Source of the DNA: Lama glama
Taxonomy: Eukaryota
DNA length: 64,000 nucleotides
Reading direction: 5' to 3'
Assembly (NCBI GenBank): GCA_028534125.1
Contig: CM052818.1
Span: 28,584,001 to 28,648,000, forward strand
In this document: piece after piece, positions 1 to 13,269 of the stretch
How the letters are laid out: the number at the start of each line of letters is the position of its first letter
Position numbering within the stretch: position 1 is the first letter of the stretch
Made by a program: the position numbers and the translations under genes
Notes under the pieces: generated by a model
What the model was told of the DNA's origin: nothing
The model's input: only the letters and a program-made list of their open reading frames with translations
Databases searched by the model: none

Positions 1-154
1 TTCCTTTCATTTTTTTTCTTGTCATGTTTTTGACATTTATGTTTCTAAGACATCTGGTATGTTAATTACCACTTCAGCCTAATATGATGTTACTCTTATC
101 CATTAGTTGTTTCTTTTACTTATTGTATTATTCAGTGCTTCATTTTTAATGATT

Positions 155-230
155 ATCCCCAGTTTTATTGAGATATAACTGACATGTAATATAGTGTAAA
201 TTTAAAGTGTACAATGTAATTATTTGATTT
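155..230 (-). mobile_element. Short L1 3'-terminal fragment
   Basis: 'ttttattgagatataactgacatgtaatatagtgtaaatttaaagtgtacaatgtaattatttgat' resembles the reverse complement of an L1MA-type 3' end. Confidence 0.6.
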
Positions 231-1897
231 TTTACTAATTTCCAGTTATGTGTTGAAATTCTAATTCTCAACCTTGTTTTTGTAATTACTTGAGTATATC
301 ATCTTAAAGATGATATAAACAACTTCATTTTCTGGTTTCCTATGAGAAATTTCCTATTCCTAAATTTCCTATTATCTTTAAAATATTTTTCAATTTAGGT
401 CCAGTCTGGTCTTTAGTTGTATGCCTGATTATTTCTGACTAAGTGTTAACTAAGAATTGTTATAGTGATAAGTTGAAGCGCTCTACAATATTATCTTCTA
501 TAGGGAGACTTTACTTTTTTGCTCTGATACACAGCTAGACTGGGGGCAATCACCTCAAACAGGGACTAATAAGATTCAAAAGTTAGTTTCAGTCCTTATG
601 ATGAATGATCTATATCTGGATTACCCTTATCAGTACCCCTCTTCCATGGTCCTGAATTTCAATTTTTATTCTCTTATTTCTGCGAATATAGAAAAAGTTA
701 TGTTTAGTTCTTCAGATTTAATCATTCATAGTCAGCAAAAGGAAGAGAGTGGTACAAAATACTTGGTTTACTTCTCTGGACATCTATTCTCTTCCAGATA
801 GTATCCAAACACATTATTGCTATCTTGGTAGCTCTATGATTCTCTCAAACAACTGTTTACATTGAACCCAGTTACTCTAGAAGTTATCAGTGGAAGATGT
901 GGTCCAAAACCTCCTATTCCACCATTGTCAGAAGTAGAGTTCCCTGTTTCCTTTTCTTTTAAATTAATGAGAGGTTTAGGTAAAATCATCTCTTTCACTT
1001 GATTCATTTTGCATATGCAATTCACCTGTGAGTATGGACAAGGTGGACAATTTAAAAAATTTCAGCTCTCAGGTACCAGAGTTGGTACACAACATGCAGC
1101 AAGTAATTGCTATCAGAGATATTTCTAAGTAAGAGTATGCTATTATAAAATATCTTAATAGCACACAGCCCAAAAGTCATTCTTTGTTTCACCTATGCCA
1201 AAATAATTTATTAACTTTCTACAATTGCAAAAGCTGTCTTGGACAATCATAAGAATTTTTCAGCATCAAATACTTTTTAGGTGTTTTCAGAGCATATAGA
1301 CACTGGAGGAAAGCCATGCCTTCAGTATGCTTGTGCATTTGGAAAACAGCAAACAGAAACAGAAAGAGTTAAAGCAAGTAAAGTTAAATGGATTAAATAT
1401 TTCCCAGAAGAACTCATCTTTGAGCAGCTAACAAAGAGAATGACACAGTCTGGCCTACTACAAATAAATAATAGCAACAGCAAACAGTACAATGAAAACA
1501 CACAAATATTGAGTGTTCCCTGCAAGCCAGAAAGTAAACAGCCTGTGAATAATACTTCACTTAATCCTCACAGTAAGTGTAAGACTATGAAACGGCTTTA
1601 TGTTTTCCATATTACAAATAAAGACAATGAAATGAAGTCATTCGCCTAAAGTCATGTAGCTCAAGAACTGCAGGTCCACAGGACCCTGGCGCTATACTGC
1701 TACCTACTATGCCATAGAGCCTATTTTAATTAAGCAACTGAGCCACCATGAAATCATGTGGCAAAACATGATGCATTAGAGAACGGACACACAGGGTCAA
1801 AGAATATTTGGATCAAATCCAGAGTCTCACCTTTCTAGTTCCCCCTAGCCAACGGCCAACGGCCTGACTTACCAGTAGATGCCTCTTAGAGTAGTAA

Positions 1898-1923
1898 GTG
1901 TGTGTGTGTGTGTGTGTGTGTGT
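1898..1923. repeat. (GT)n microsatellite
   Basis: Pure GT run seen directly. Confidence 0.95.
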
Positions 1924-2049
1924 ACACCATTGATCAGATGGTCATAGTCCATTTACTTGTATAAATTCAGTAAATTTTCAGATAATCATCTTGAAGTTAA
2001 ATATCATGGTGCTGGATAAGGCAGACAAATTTTTTCTAGTTCCATCATT

Positions 2050-2225
2050 TATTAATAAATCTCAGTTGAGCTATTTAACCTTTTTCACCTATGAGCTGGT
2101 TTCCTGAGCTATAAATATGGAGATGGTAATACCACTCTCTCATGGATGTGATTGTATTGATTAAGATAAAGCTGACTATATACCTGGTACATTGCAGGAA
2201 CTTAGTAAGCATTCTGGATGTTGTT
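2050..2225 (+). mobile_element. MIR SINE fragment
   Basis: Degenerate MIR core 'tttcctgagctataaatatggagatggtaataccactctcatggatgtg...ttaagataa...cctggtacattgcagg'. Confidence 0.6.
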
Positions 2226-4385
2226 TTACCTCAAAAAGCATGGTTAAATTATTACTCCCATGTATAAATTAAGAAATATATATGGAAATTGTGGACCCCA
2301 TTCATCTGGTTCCCATTCTCAGAGTCAAGAAAAATACTGAGTACTTATATAAGCTGAGTATTTATATAAGTGGTGGTGGGGAGTGCAGGCTGGCTGTTCA
2401 TCTACAATAGCACAGCCATTGAAGATACCACTACAACTGTGATCTGTGTGGGAAACCAAGGTTTTAGCTGAGAAAAGAATGTTAAACACTTGGATTACAG
2501 ATGCCATACAATTCTGAAATGATAAAAAAAAAAAACAGATCAGAAGTGAAAGAATCAGTATTAAAATGCACTGTCAATCATGGTAGTAGTGGAAGCTGTT
2601 CAGAACTACAAATCTGATCAAAAGGATAATGCATATGTTTCTGTTTCTTTGGCTCCAGTAAAGTGAAATGAGGACAAGGGACAATAGAGGTCTGGAAACC
2701 TCAAAAACGCATAGTGAAGACCTTTATGCCCAGACTGGGTAAGCAGTGTAAGCATCACCCTTACTCAGTGCTGTAGAATAGTACGTATTCTTTTATAAAT
2801 GTAAATGCCATCAACATGATTCTACCTTTATAAATGCAATGGTGCTTTCTTTGGTGAGATAACAACCCATATCCTTTCCTGAATACCAGAAATCATCTGA
2901 CTGGTTACCAGCAAGCCTGAGTAATCTAAATTTTAGATGTCTTATTTTTAAAATGAGTTTGAAACTTAATTAAGATAAATTCTATCTTTATACAGACTCC
3001 TAGGACATAGGCTGTTATGTATATGACATATTCCCATGACCTTCTCTCTGTAGTGTACAACTCACTCAGGATCAATTCCCTATGACCTCTAAAACAGGGT
3101 TTCAGCACCAGGGAGAGAAGAGCTGAGTATTCAGTAACTGAGGTTCATATTACCTGGGCTTTTTGTTTTTTTTCCCAGAAGCATGTTTTAGCCATGATAG
3201 CAAACCCCAACTGCTAGTGTCTCAACCCAGTTAGGTTTATTTATAAGACATGTGGCTTAATATATTATTAGTCATTAGTACAGGGAATCTAAAATAAGCA
3301 GTATTTCCAACAACAACAACAAACTGTTCAACTGTCTAAACATTCTATGTGAGGACATTTTCTTAAGAATTTATTACTAAAAACAGTTTTCTACAAAAAA
3401 GACCTTTCAATGCACTCCTTTGTTTGGCATCTCTGCCTCTACTGACTAGTGCCACTGAGTGCTCCACAACTGCCTTTAGGGACTTAGCTAACATTTATTT
3501 TGAGCTACTCTTTATACTGGACTGTTCTCAATCTGAGGCAGAGAGGCTAGGATATTCATGGCCTTCTGAAACCTTCTTCTCAGTTCCTCTGAAAACATGT
3601 ATTATGTGTAGAAGCAGTTGCTATGCCTCTTATTTGTCAGTTTGACTTTTTGTTCCAATTAAGAGAATTTTGAAGTAGATCCAGTTATATTTCTAACCTT
3701 AGAAAATATTCATGTTCTTGACAAACTGTAGGTGATTTTTCGTATTCCATTCATAATATAATGGGTCACTTCTCTGGATGCCTTAGCTTTCCTAAAGTCT
3801 GACAGGAAAAAGCAATGGTTGTCAGGCAAGAATGATTTCTTATAACCAATACATAAATAAAAAGGACATAAAGTAAATAGGTATAATGTATCTTATGTAT
3901 ATATATTATAAACCATTTATAATGAATGCCTGAATGTGCAATATGTGAAATTTCCAATGTAATGTATTGGCACCATACTATATGTGACAGTTTTTTAAAA
4001 ATAGTTTCTCTGCTTTTAGTTTGTGTTCAGTTGGAATAGTAAAGAGTTACTCCTTGATGTTTATTGCCACAGAGAGTTAAAGCAAGTGAAACATGTCATA
4101 AAAGATGTATACAATGTAGGCACGGCTGTATAGCGTCACTGTGACATTTGGTTTTCATGTTTAAGCCATTTACATGCATTACTAGCAATACATTTTAAAA
4201 TGATGGAAAAATGGAGAATATGGTACATGATTCACAACACTTTTTTGAGTTAAAAATTTTCAAACACAAAAAAGTTTACTTACAATGTTAAGAAATGCGT
4301 GCTTTTATTTCTAGAGTAAACTATTTTGTACTTTAAATCCTGCATGTATTGATTTATTCTAGTGTGAATATCAAAGCAGGAATTC

Positions 4386-4472
4386 TTTTTTTTTTTACAT
4401 TTTTTTATTGATTTATAATCATTTTACAATGTTGTGTCAAATTCCAGTGTTCAGCACAATTTTTCAGTCATT
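4386..4472 (-). mobile_element. Extremely 5'-truncated young L1 (about 85 bp of 3' end plus poly(A))
   Basis: T-run followed by 'acattttttattgatttataatcattttacaatgttgtgtcaaattccagtgttcagcacaatttttcagt', the near-exact reverse complement of the L1 3' end at about 24690-24760. Imperfect TSD caggaattct (4377-4386) / cagggattct (4473-4482). Confidence 0.9.
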
Positions 4473-5569
4473 CAGGGATTCTATTTTTAATTTGCCAGGC
4501 TTACGTTTTGAGATGTGATATGTATTTAATATATTTCAGTTCATGTAATTTCTCCTCTATTATTAATAATCTTGGAATAACCCCAAGAATGTGGTTTCCA
4601 CGAGGTACAATGTGCAACATTGTATAATGAGGAGATGTGATGATTATTAGTTCTTATCTGGTCTTTAGTCCTTTTTACCGCAAAACCAGCTGCCTTTAGC
4701 AAGGTCCATTTCTGGCAATTTCCCAAAAGATCTCTCCTATACCTTCAACTTCCCATCACAGACTTGCTATTCTGGGCTGTCTTCCTAACTCTCACTTTCT
4801 CTGACTTCTGATTCTACTATTAGTTCCCTAATTTGGAAGTTTATAATCCTAACCTTTGATGCCATCATATTCTTGGCTCTGTGTCCTCTCCAGCATATGG
4901 CATTTCCTGAATGTTTTATGAGACTTCTAACATCAGCCATGTGCCCCCAGGATCTTACAGCTTAGACTAACCTCTGGCTAGAAAAAATTATTTAGATATT
5001 GGACACAAAACCCATGCCATACAAAATAAAATAAATGTGTAAGCTACAATCAGCTCACTGTTCTTAAGCATTGTTTTCATACTCATCTTATGGGGCAAGC
5101 TGGTTGTCCTGCCTACTTGTAGGGTCAGAATGTACCCATATGGACTACCTCTGAGAAGAGGAGAAAAACAAGCACAAAGGGAATGGTTCCCAACAACTGA
5201 TTAATGAAGAGATTGTTGCCAATAAACTTACGTCTGGAATCAATGTTCCCGATGGGAAGAAGTAAGATTTAGAAATAAGGAGAACTTAGTAGAACATACT
5301 CAAATAGCTTTCAAATTGGAAGCTTGGAAGCTTAGAATCAGGAGCACAGCAGGGGTGTAAGTGTTGGCCACTAAAGGGGTGAACGAAGCATAAAATAAGG
5401 TAGGGGTTGAGGGAAGCAGATTTAGCAACACATGTACAAAGGTGGGAGCCCCTTTGGGAAGTATGTACAAGGCCCTGAAGGGAATGGGTAGGCTGTGTTT
5501 TTTAAGAGACAAAGATAGTCCAGGCTCTGGTTGAGGGTTTGCACAGGCTGTAAGTCAGAACATTTGGGT

Positions 5570-5765
5570 ACAAGTGTCAGATCAGCTCCTTAACACACAC
5601 GTGAGTCACTTAGCCCTTTTGAGCATTAGTTTCCTCCTGGGTAAATGTGGACAAAATTGCCAGTATGCTCCTCACAGCACCACTGTGAGGATCAAATAAA
5701 ACAATGGAAATGTAGATGATTTGGAGGGCATAAAGAGGTTTAATAAATGTAAGCCACTATCATTA
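5570..5765 (+). mobile_element. MIR SINE fragment
   Basis: 'gagtcacttagccc...agtttcctcctgggtaaatgtgg...gtgaggatcaaataa' matches the MIR core. Confidence 0.65.
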
Positions 5766-7350
5766 CTTAGGCAAAATTATGTGATCGAGAATTCTTTTTT
5801 GAGTTTATCCTCCTTTGGAGGGTGTTCAGAGGGTGATGCCCAAACATTTGCAGAATACAGCATTATCTTCTGAGAAGGACAAAGGATCAACACCAGAAAA
5901 CACAATGATAAACCATTCACCTACGGAGGTGTGGTGCATGTAAAAGTCAAGTTTCCTGCTAAAACTCCAGCGCACTGAGGAAACTGCATTGAAAAAAAGT
6001 GATTATGCATACCATGTCTTTATCTTGTTCATATTTCAAGAACTAAATTTTGCTTTTCTATAATGTGATATGTACTATATATATTTTATATATATACACA
6101 CACATATATATATAGTTTATTATTTCATAAAGCATTAGTATCTTTGAAAGACAGTACAATTTTACTAACATTTATATAGATCTTTGGGGTTTGTAAATTC
6201 TTTCAACTCCCTTGTTACTATTTTAAAGTGCATTTAAGATCCAATCCTCAGTTCTGAAATGGATACATAATATACGTCCATTGGACATCAGTATGTGGAG
6301 ATACATATCCTTACAGAGGAGTTTTATGAGTGCTTCAGTGTTTCATCCCTAGATAAAAAGCAAGTTGGAGTAACTTTGACTGGAATATTAGATAGAGCCA
6401 AGTAAATGTTATCATGAAATGGTCTAAACAAGGGACTCAAATTCCTCAGTGAGTACCATAAACAAGGTACTTCAGTCCTTCTCTCCTTAGTTTCCTTATC
6501 TAAAAACAGAGATAATAAAGGTATTTACTATTAAAGAATTCCTATGAAGTAAATGTATTAATCCATGTAAGTAATTAGAATTGTGGCAAACTCATTATTT
6601 GAGAAGTTAAGACTTTCTGAAATCTTAATGCAAGATTGATGGGAGGACTATAGCCAGAGTACTGATCAAATGCAGGTTTCTAAAAATGCATTTTTTAGGT
6701 GCATGCTTTACACACGGGTATGAGCAAGATGTAACAGTGAGTTTACCAAATGTTGCAGCCTTAAGATACAAGAACAGGCAGTGAGAGGGGACAGTGAAGC
6801 AAAATTATTCAAGGTCTAAGATTTAGGAGAAGCAACGTGAAAATCTCAGTGAAACTGTGGGTGAGAATAAACAGTATCTTTGAAGACTTATGACAGTTGA
6901 GATCTTGCTCACTAGATATAAAGGAAGTTCCTGATTGATAAGAAGGAGACTTCATTCTCCTCTGCCCAAGAAGCCTCAGTGTTGATAGGGAGCAATAACC
7001 ATGTTTCAGCCATATTTGAAATATATTGGGAGAAGTGAGGCCTGATGACATTCTAGTAGAGTCAATTTTCAATAGCACATGTGATTTGGAGCCTAGTCTG
7101 AGAAGGATAGGAGATGAACCAGACTGTAGGCACAGTCAAGTGACAGATATGCTCAACATGATGTAAGAACTAAAGAACTGAATCAGATAAATGACATAAT
7201 CTCATGAGACTTTCAGAAAAATCCCTCTGGCAGCTGTGTGAAGGACACAATGGTGAGAGGTCAACTGGAAACAGAGAGGCTAGACAGACACCTGCTGTAA
7301 GACACATGGAAGGCCAGGACTAAGGCAGCAGCCAAGGGGTCTCTAGAGAT

Positions 7351-7566
7351 CAGGGGTCAGAAAACTATAGCTCATGGGCCCAATCCAGTCCATCACCTGT
7401 TTTTAAAAATAAAGTTACTGGAATACAGCCATATTTATTTATGCATTATCTCTAAATGCTGTAATGCAGTGATGGCAGTTTTGTAGTTAGAAAAAGGGCC
7501 ATATGGCCAGGAATGTTTAAAATATTTAGTATCTGACCCTTTACGGAAAGAGTTCGCTGATCCTTG
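7351..7566 (+). mobile_element. MER58A-like hAT-Charlie MITE
   Basis: TIR-like ends 'caggggtcagaaaac' and 'gttcgctgatccttg'. Internal 'aaataaagttactggaatacagcca'. TCTAGA-type target sequence on both sides. Confidence 0.85.
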
Positions 7567-8449
7567 TTCTAGATGGATGCCCCCAAAGATAGGTTTCTTC
7601 TACTCAGGTCACTTTCTGGGCCAGTCCATAGATTTCATTTCTCAGTAAAGCATTCTCAGTTCCCTGAACTACTCTGCTATTGTAGCTAGCAGTCACAGCA
7701 CAATTCTTGCCCTAAATGTAAGGCATGAAATCCTTCCTGTTGGACAGAAAAAGAGAAAGGACACAGATACAGATCACCCAAAGAAACCAAGAGCAAAATA
7801 ATGGAGGAATAATGTGTCGTGTGCTTTTGCTGTTGTTCAGAGCCAAAGGACTCAAAGCACAATATTGTTTCTTGTCCAGGACTTGTTCCTACCTGCCCTA
7901 AAGATTATTATCATATGTTTCATGTTATTGAAAGAAGTTTCTCTACAGTTAAAGTGCCTGAGGGGCACTTTAACATATGGTTAGACATGAACTAGTTCCA
8001 CACTTTCCCCAAAGTAACAGAGCAAAGCAGGCAAGACATAAAGTATTCTTCAGGTTAAACTACTCTCTTCAAGGGTTTCTGGTGCTACAAAATAGTAACA
8101 CCTCTGCCCCCTGGCACTGTTGAGGCAGGGAGGGACACCTTCACATTCTATTTCATCACACCATTCAATATTTTGTAGTATAAATATTCAACATTTATAG
8201 TTTACTTTGTTATTTTGTTTGTATGTATATATATATGTACATAGGTATATGTGCATATATGTATTTTGGCATTTGAAAGCATTTAGGTAGGGACAAGGCT
8301 AACCCAGGTTTCACCTGGACTTCTTGGCACCTCAGTGTATCTTGAATCTGTTTGACAACCTGCATATTCAGCAAGTGTAAGTGTCCTCCCTGAGGGCCTC
8401 CCTCTCTTTTCCCAGTATCTGTCTTTGTTTCTCTTTCAGTCTCTCTCTC

Positions 8450-8720
8450 TCATCTGATCACCATCCTTAAAACAGCAAAATTCAACTACATCAAACTCCA
8501 TCCTTGCCAGCACCACAGCCTCCCTCACTGCTTTATTTTATTCTGAAGCATTTACCATAACCTAATGCATTATATTTATTTGTTTGTTTATTGTCTGTGT
8601 TTCCATGGTACTACACATACTCCATGAAGGCAGAAGACTTTCTTCACTGTATCCCCAGCACCTTTCTAGATGCCTGCCTAGTGAAAAGTGTGCAATAAAT
8701 ATTTGTTGAGTGGCTTAATG
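8450..8720 (+). mobile_element. L2 3' end fragment
   Basis: 'ctccatgaaggcag...ttcactgtatccccagcacc...tgcctgcc...caataaatatttgttgagtg' matches the L2a 3' terminus. Confidence 0.8.
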
Positions 8721-9065
8721 ACCTACAAGAGCATGCGTCTGTCACTCTCATGTGATAACCACCAATTTTTACTTTGTTTTTCAATGATTTGTGTGCACGT
8801 CTGCTCTCAGGAAATAAACTCCTTTAGAACAGGAATTAGATGGTTTTCATCTTTATGCCACTGTTATCTATGAAACTGCAGGTAAATAGTAGATGCTCAG
8901 TTAATATCTTAATAAATGGCTCAAGAAGATTTTCACACATATATGGTGTGAAAACTAGTCCAAGCATGCTCTTAGTTTTTTCTTTGTAGGAGGATGGGTT
9001 TTAGAAGAATAAACTTGGTGAGAAATGATAATCTGCACCTTGAAAATGCAAATATTTTAAACTCT

Positions 9066-9086
9066 TTCTCTCTCTCTATATATATA

Positions 9087-9118
<32 letters not shown>
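9066..9118. repeat. Compound (CT)n(TA)n(TG)n microsatellite
   Basis: Seen directly. Confidence 0.95.
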
Positions 9119-9125
<7 letters not shown>

Positions 9126-11699
9126 TCCCCCCACCCCCCATCCAGAATTTTGAATTCTGATCCTCTTAGGCTGAGAGCCTACCAAATTAAAAGTCCAGAC
9201 TGATGCCTTCCAAGCTCCACCTCTGGAAGGAAAAGCTGCTCTGCCTTGTTTACTCCTTCCCATGTTAGGTTGCCCTAAGTATAAAGAATGAGATGGGACT
9301 GTCTCATATAAAAGTAGGTCTGCTGTCTTCTCATTTTCCTCTGAGGTTCAGCTACTCCTGTAGTTAAATATTTCTTCTCAGGCTTTTTATTAGCCTATGC
9401 AGTTTATACTATTAGATTCTCTTTTTCTCGCTTCCTAATTTTCCAGTTCTTTATTACCAAAATTTTGCCATTTGTTATGAAATGTTGAAAGACTGTTCTT
9501 TTAGTAAGCTGTGTGTTAGTCAAGAAATTATACTCTCTGTGTCCAATTACATTTGTGAATACTGGGTGGTAAATGGCACTTGGAACTGATGAATGAATTT
9601 ATTGACTTTTCTTTAAATAACTACTATTTTAACAGTATTTTTAAGGTTTTACCATAAATATCTTGAGCTATTTTCTCACTTTCTGACTGAAAAATTATAC
9701 CTAATATTAACTATTTGATAGCTGACTCTTCATATGCAAAACTGAAATAGTAGCCCCTTAAGTATGCCACAAGGTTGACTTCATCAATTTTTATTTTATT
9801 GATTTTTAATAATTTTATCTTTTTCAAAAATTTGGCTAATAGCTAAAGACAAAGAAAAGGAGTTGGTAACAATAGCATTCTCTCTCCCACCCCAAAAAGC
9901 CTAATAAACACCACCTAATCGCTTTAGTTTCTAATTGTTTCTTCCTTGAAACTTCTGTAGTTTTTGTCAAAACTGATTCCTTTTGCCACTTCCCAGTTAT
10001 CTTATTTTAGGGTATCATTTAACCTTTCTGGGTTACACTGTCCTCAAAATGAGATGAAAGGAGGACTAGATAATCTGTAATAAACCCTACAAGCCCTAAA
10101 ATTTTACATGCTTCTTCTGTTTATTTACCATCCTTTTACTGTGCTGTGTATGTGTGTCAGGGACACCCACATGTGCGCACACACACAGTGAGAAGGGGTA
10201 GTGAGCTTGCAAAGACTCAGTTCAGTGAGGTAGGCATCAATGAGAGCTACTTCCTCTTGAGCTTCTATCAGCTTCCTCTAATTATGTTCATCCTTTGTTG
10301 ACCTGAACTTGCTTTCCCTTTTTTTCCTCCAGTAACTATATGTATTTGTTGTATATAATTATAAGGTCTTCAGTTTCAAATTTCTCATACTTCATTAAAA
10401 TAAAAAAACATGAATAATGTATATTATGTAAAGGACTCAGATCAGTTCTGATTTTTTTCTCAAGCATTTGGCATATAAAATATAAAATACTAACAGAATC
10501 TGTTACACATCTGAACACATCAGAATGTGTTCATATTAACTTGTTCTAAAGGTAGCACCTATGATTTTGTTTAGCAGGATAAAAAATTTTAATTATAATT
10601 TTGAAAACTCTCATTTTAAATAGAATCTTGAGCCGCAGTTAGGTCAGAGGCAAAAAAAAAAAGAAAAGAAAAGAAAAAGAAAAAAGAAAGAAAACGAAAA
10701 CAAAAACAAAGTAATTTTATATCCACACTTGCTGTCAGAACTAAAATTTTAGAAACAAGTGAGAGATCACAGAGTAAGGAGGTGGGATCAGAAAGGTAAT
10801 AATCTGCCATTTTCAGGCTGAAAGGTGACCCTTTTTAACGATGGATTTGTTAACTTAAGTGACAGATGTCATGGAGCCAAGAATGGTTCTAGTGACATAT
10901 TATGCTGACTAATGGTCCACCCGGCTGCTTGCCCCTTGCTCCTTTTAAATCTGGAAGATGTAGCCACTAAACCAACTCTTTATATTCAACCTCTACACTG
11001 TGTACTGAAAAATTCTAGTTAGGAAACAAGGAATATTAAGAGTATTAGGAAGTATTTATCCAATTTAGTGTCAATCAGACCAGCTATGTTCTTGATCGTC
11101 CAGTTATTATGTTCTTGGCTTAGCATCCCATTCATCACTCATTCCTGCATCTCACCTCCTGCTGACCTACCATCTCTAAGGTCCTGACATAGTTCCTTGA
11201 TAAGACCAACTTTTTCTTTATGTGCCCCTTCCCTGTTTAGATCTATCTTCATGTACCTCCACCAATTATTTCTCTTTTATACATATGTTAAACCAGCCAA
11301 CCTAGAACTTATTATCTCCTCAGATTCACAAGACTGCATTGGACTTAGCTTATTGTATTGCATTCATCCATTCTCCCCACCCAAATCTTCAAAGGACTTT
11401 GGCTCTATTTATACCCTAGAATTCCTAGTGACCCAACTTCTCTGATAGGACACCTGGCTCTTATTTTTTCTGATTTGGCTTATTCTGTCAACACCAAAGG
11501 AAATCAGTTATGTTACCAAAAATGGGCACATACATTTAGACACTAACAAGAGATTAAAATTGGCTAAGAAAACAGTAATCTCATTTTCCCACCAGAAGTT
11601 TGCAAGGGCTGGTATTTTCAGGATCTCCTTTTTTTTCTCTAGTGTCTCTCTCTTCCTTTAAGACCTCTATGAACAGTCATATTCCAGCTGTTTTTCCCT

Positions 11700-11920
11700 C
11701 CCAGTTTCTTAGGTCCCAGCTCTTCCACTTACTCAACTGTGTGGACTTAGGCATGGTACTTAAGCTCTCTGTGCCTCAGCATCATGAGCCAGAAAATGTG
11801 ATAAAACTCATACCTGCTTCATAAGGTTTCTGTGAGGCTTCAGTGAATGAATTCAAGTAACATTCTTAGAAAGGTGGTTAGAATATAGTGAATTCGTGGT
11901 GGGTGTTCACTGTTGTTAAT
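11700..11920 (+). mobile_element. MIR SINE
   Basis: 'ggtcccagctcttccacttactcaactgtgtggacttaggcatggtacttaagctctctgtgcctcag' is the MIR 5'/core region. Confidence 0.85.
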
Positions 11921-13269
11921 ATAGGACAGAGGCACACTTGCTTTCGCTACAGTAAAATATCTGGGCTTCATATTCATGGAATCTCTTAGACATTTATGTT
12001 ATCTCTAATCACTGTTTAACTAAGATAAGTCCTCCATTTAAATCTATCATAATGTGTAAGCCCATAAAAACTAATTTACACAGTTCAGCCTCAGAGTGGT
12101 GTCACAATTAAAGAAAGAAATAGGATGGATTAACCTCCCACAGAGGTGGACAAGCCAATAGAGAGCATCTAAAATAATGCGTCAAATGCACATTTGAAAT
12201 AGTTTATGTTACTATCTGGACTAGAAGGAAATAGGTAAAATCTCTGGACTAAGAAATGACTAGAAAGCTTGAGTCCAGAGAGGTAAGTAGGTCTTAAACC
12301 TGTATTTTCCCAGTTGCATATGCTGATTCCTAGTGCCTCAAAGCTTGCAGTCTGACAAGCATCAGAAGAGACAGAGGCAAAGCCAGTGCCCTTGAAAGAC
12401 AGAAATCAGAAAAGGGAATGTAAACGTATAAATTAGAAAAAATAATTCCTCACCAGCAGTCCATCCCTGCTACCAACATTTATGAAAAATGTAGATTATA
12501 AGATACTAACACTATGATTCTATTTATTTAAAGTAACTAAACTTAGTACATTTTTAGGGATTCATCAATCTGTAGTAAAACAATAAAGAAACCAAGAGAA
12601 TGAATAATGATTCAAGGCAGTGGTTTTGTGTGTTGAAAGTGATGTAAGTAGCACAGAGCACACAGTGAGCCTCAAGTGTATCAACCGATGTTCTAGTCCT
12701 TAAGGTGAGCAGTGGATACACAGGTGTTTGTTTAATGTCGTGGTTTAAAATTTTTCTCTTGACATAGGTTACATTTCTCTTTTATGTAAAATAATAATAA
12801 AATATAAAAATAAAGAGCCAATAGCATAAGTAATTTCAAAACAGTGCAAATCTTTTCAATGCTTATGAAAAACCCTAGAACTATAGTCTATAGCCATACT
12901 AATCCCTCCTGCCTGCTTCTATGAATCCCTATCAATAGTGGAGGAAAAAATGAAGAAGGGTCAAAAAAGATACAGAGAAGCCAGTAACAAGTTAACTCAA
13001 ACCTCATCATAGCTGTTGTACTGTCCACTCTTTCACCTCCAATACCCCTCCACCACCAGATTCTCCCTGAATTGCTCTCCTTCCCCTACCCATCTCCCTT
13101 TAATGTATATATTTAAACTGATTCAGTAAGAAAAAATATCCTTCCTCTTTCCAAGGTGGAGAGTAGAGGAGAATCGTCATAAAAACAGGATTCACTTTGT
13201 TAGCTCATGGTGGTTGTGATAAAACTGTGAACATTCCCAGATGAACAATTATTTCTTTCATCCCAATTC

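Noticed and set aside
10652..10712. A-rich (GAAAA)n tract as the tail of a retrocopy
   Set aside because: No recognisable upstream SINE or retrogene body and no TSD, so treated as a simple repeat.
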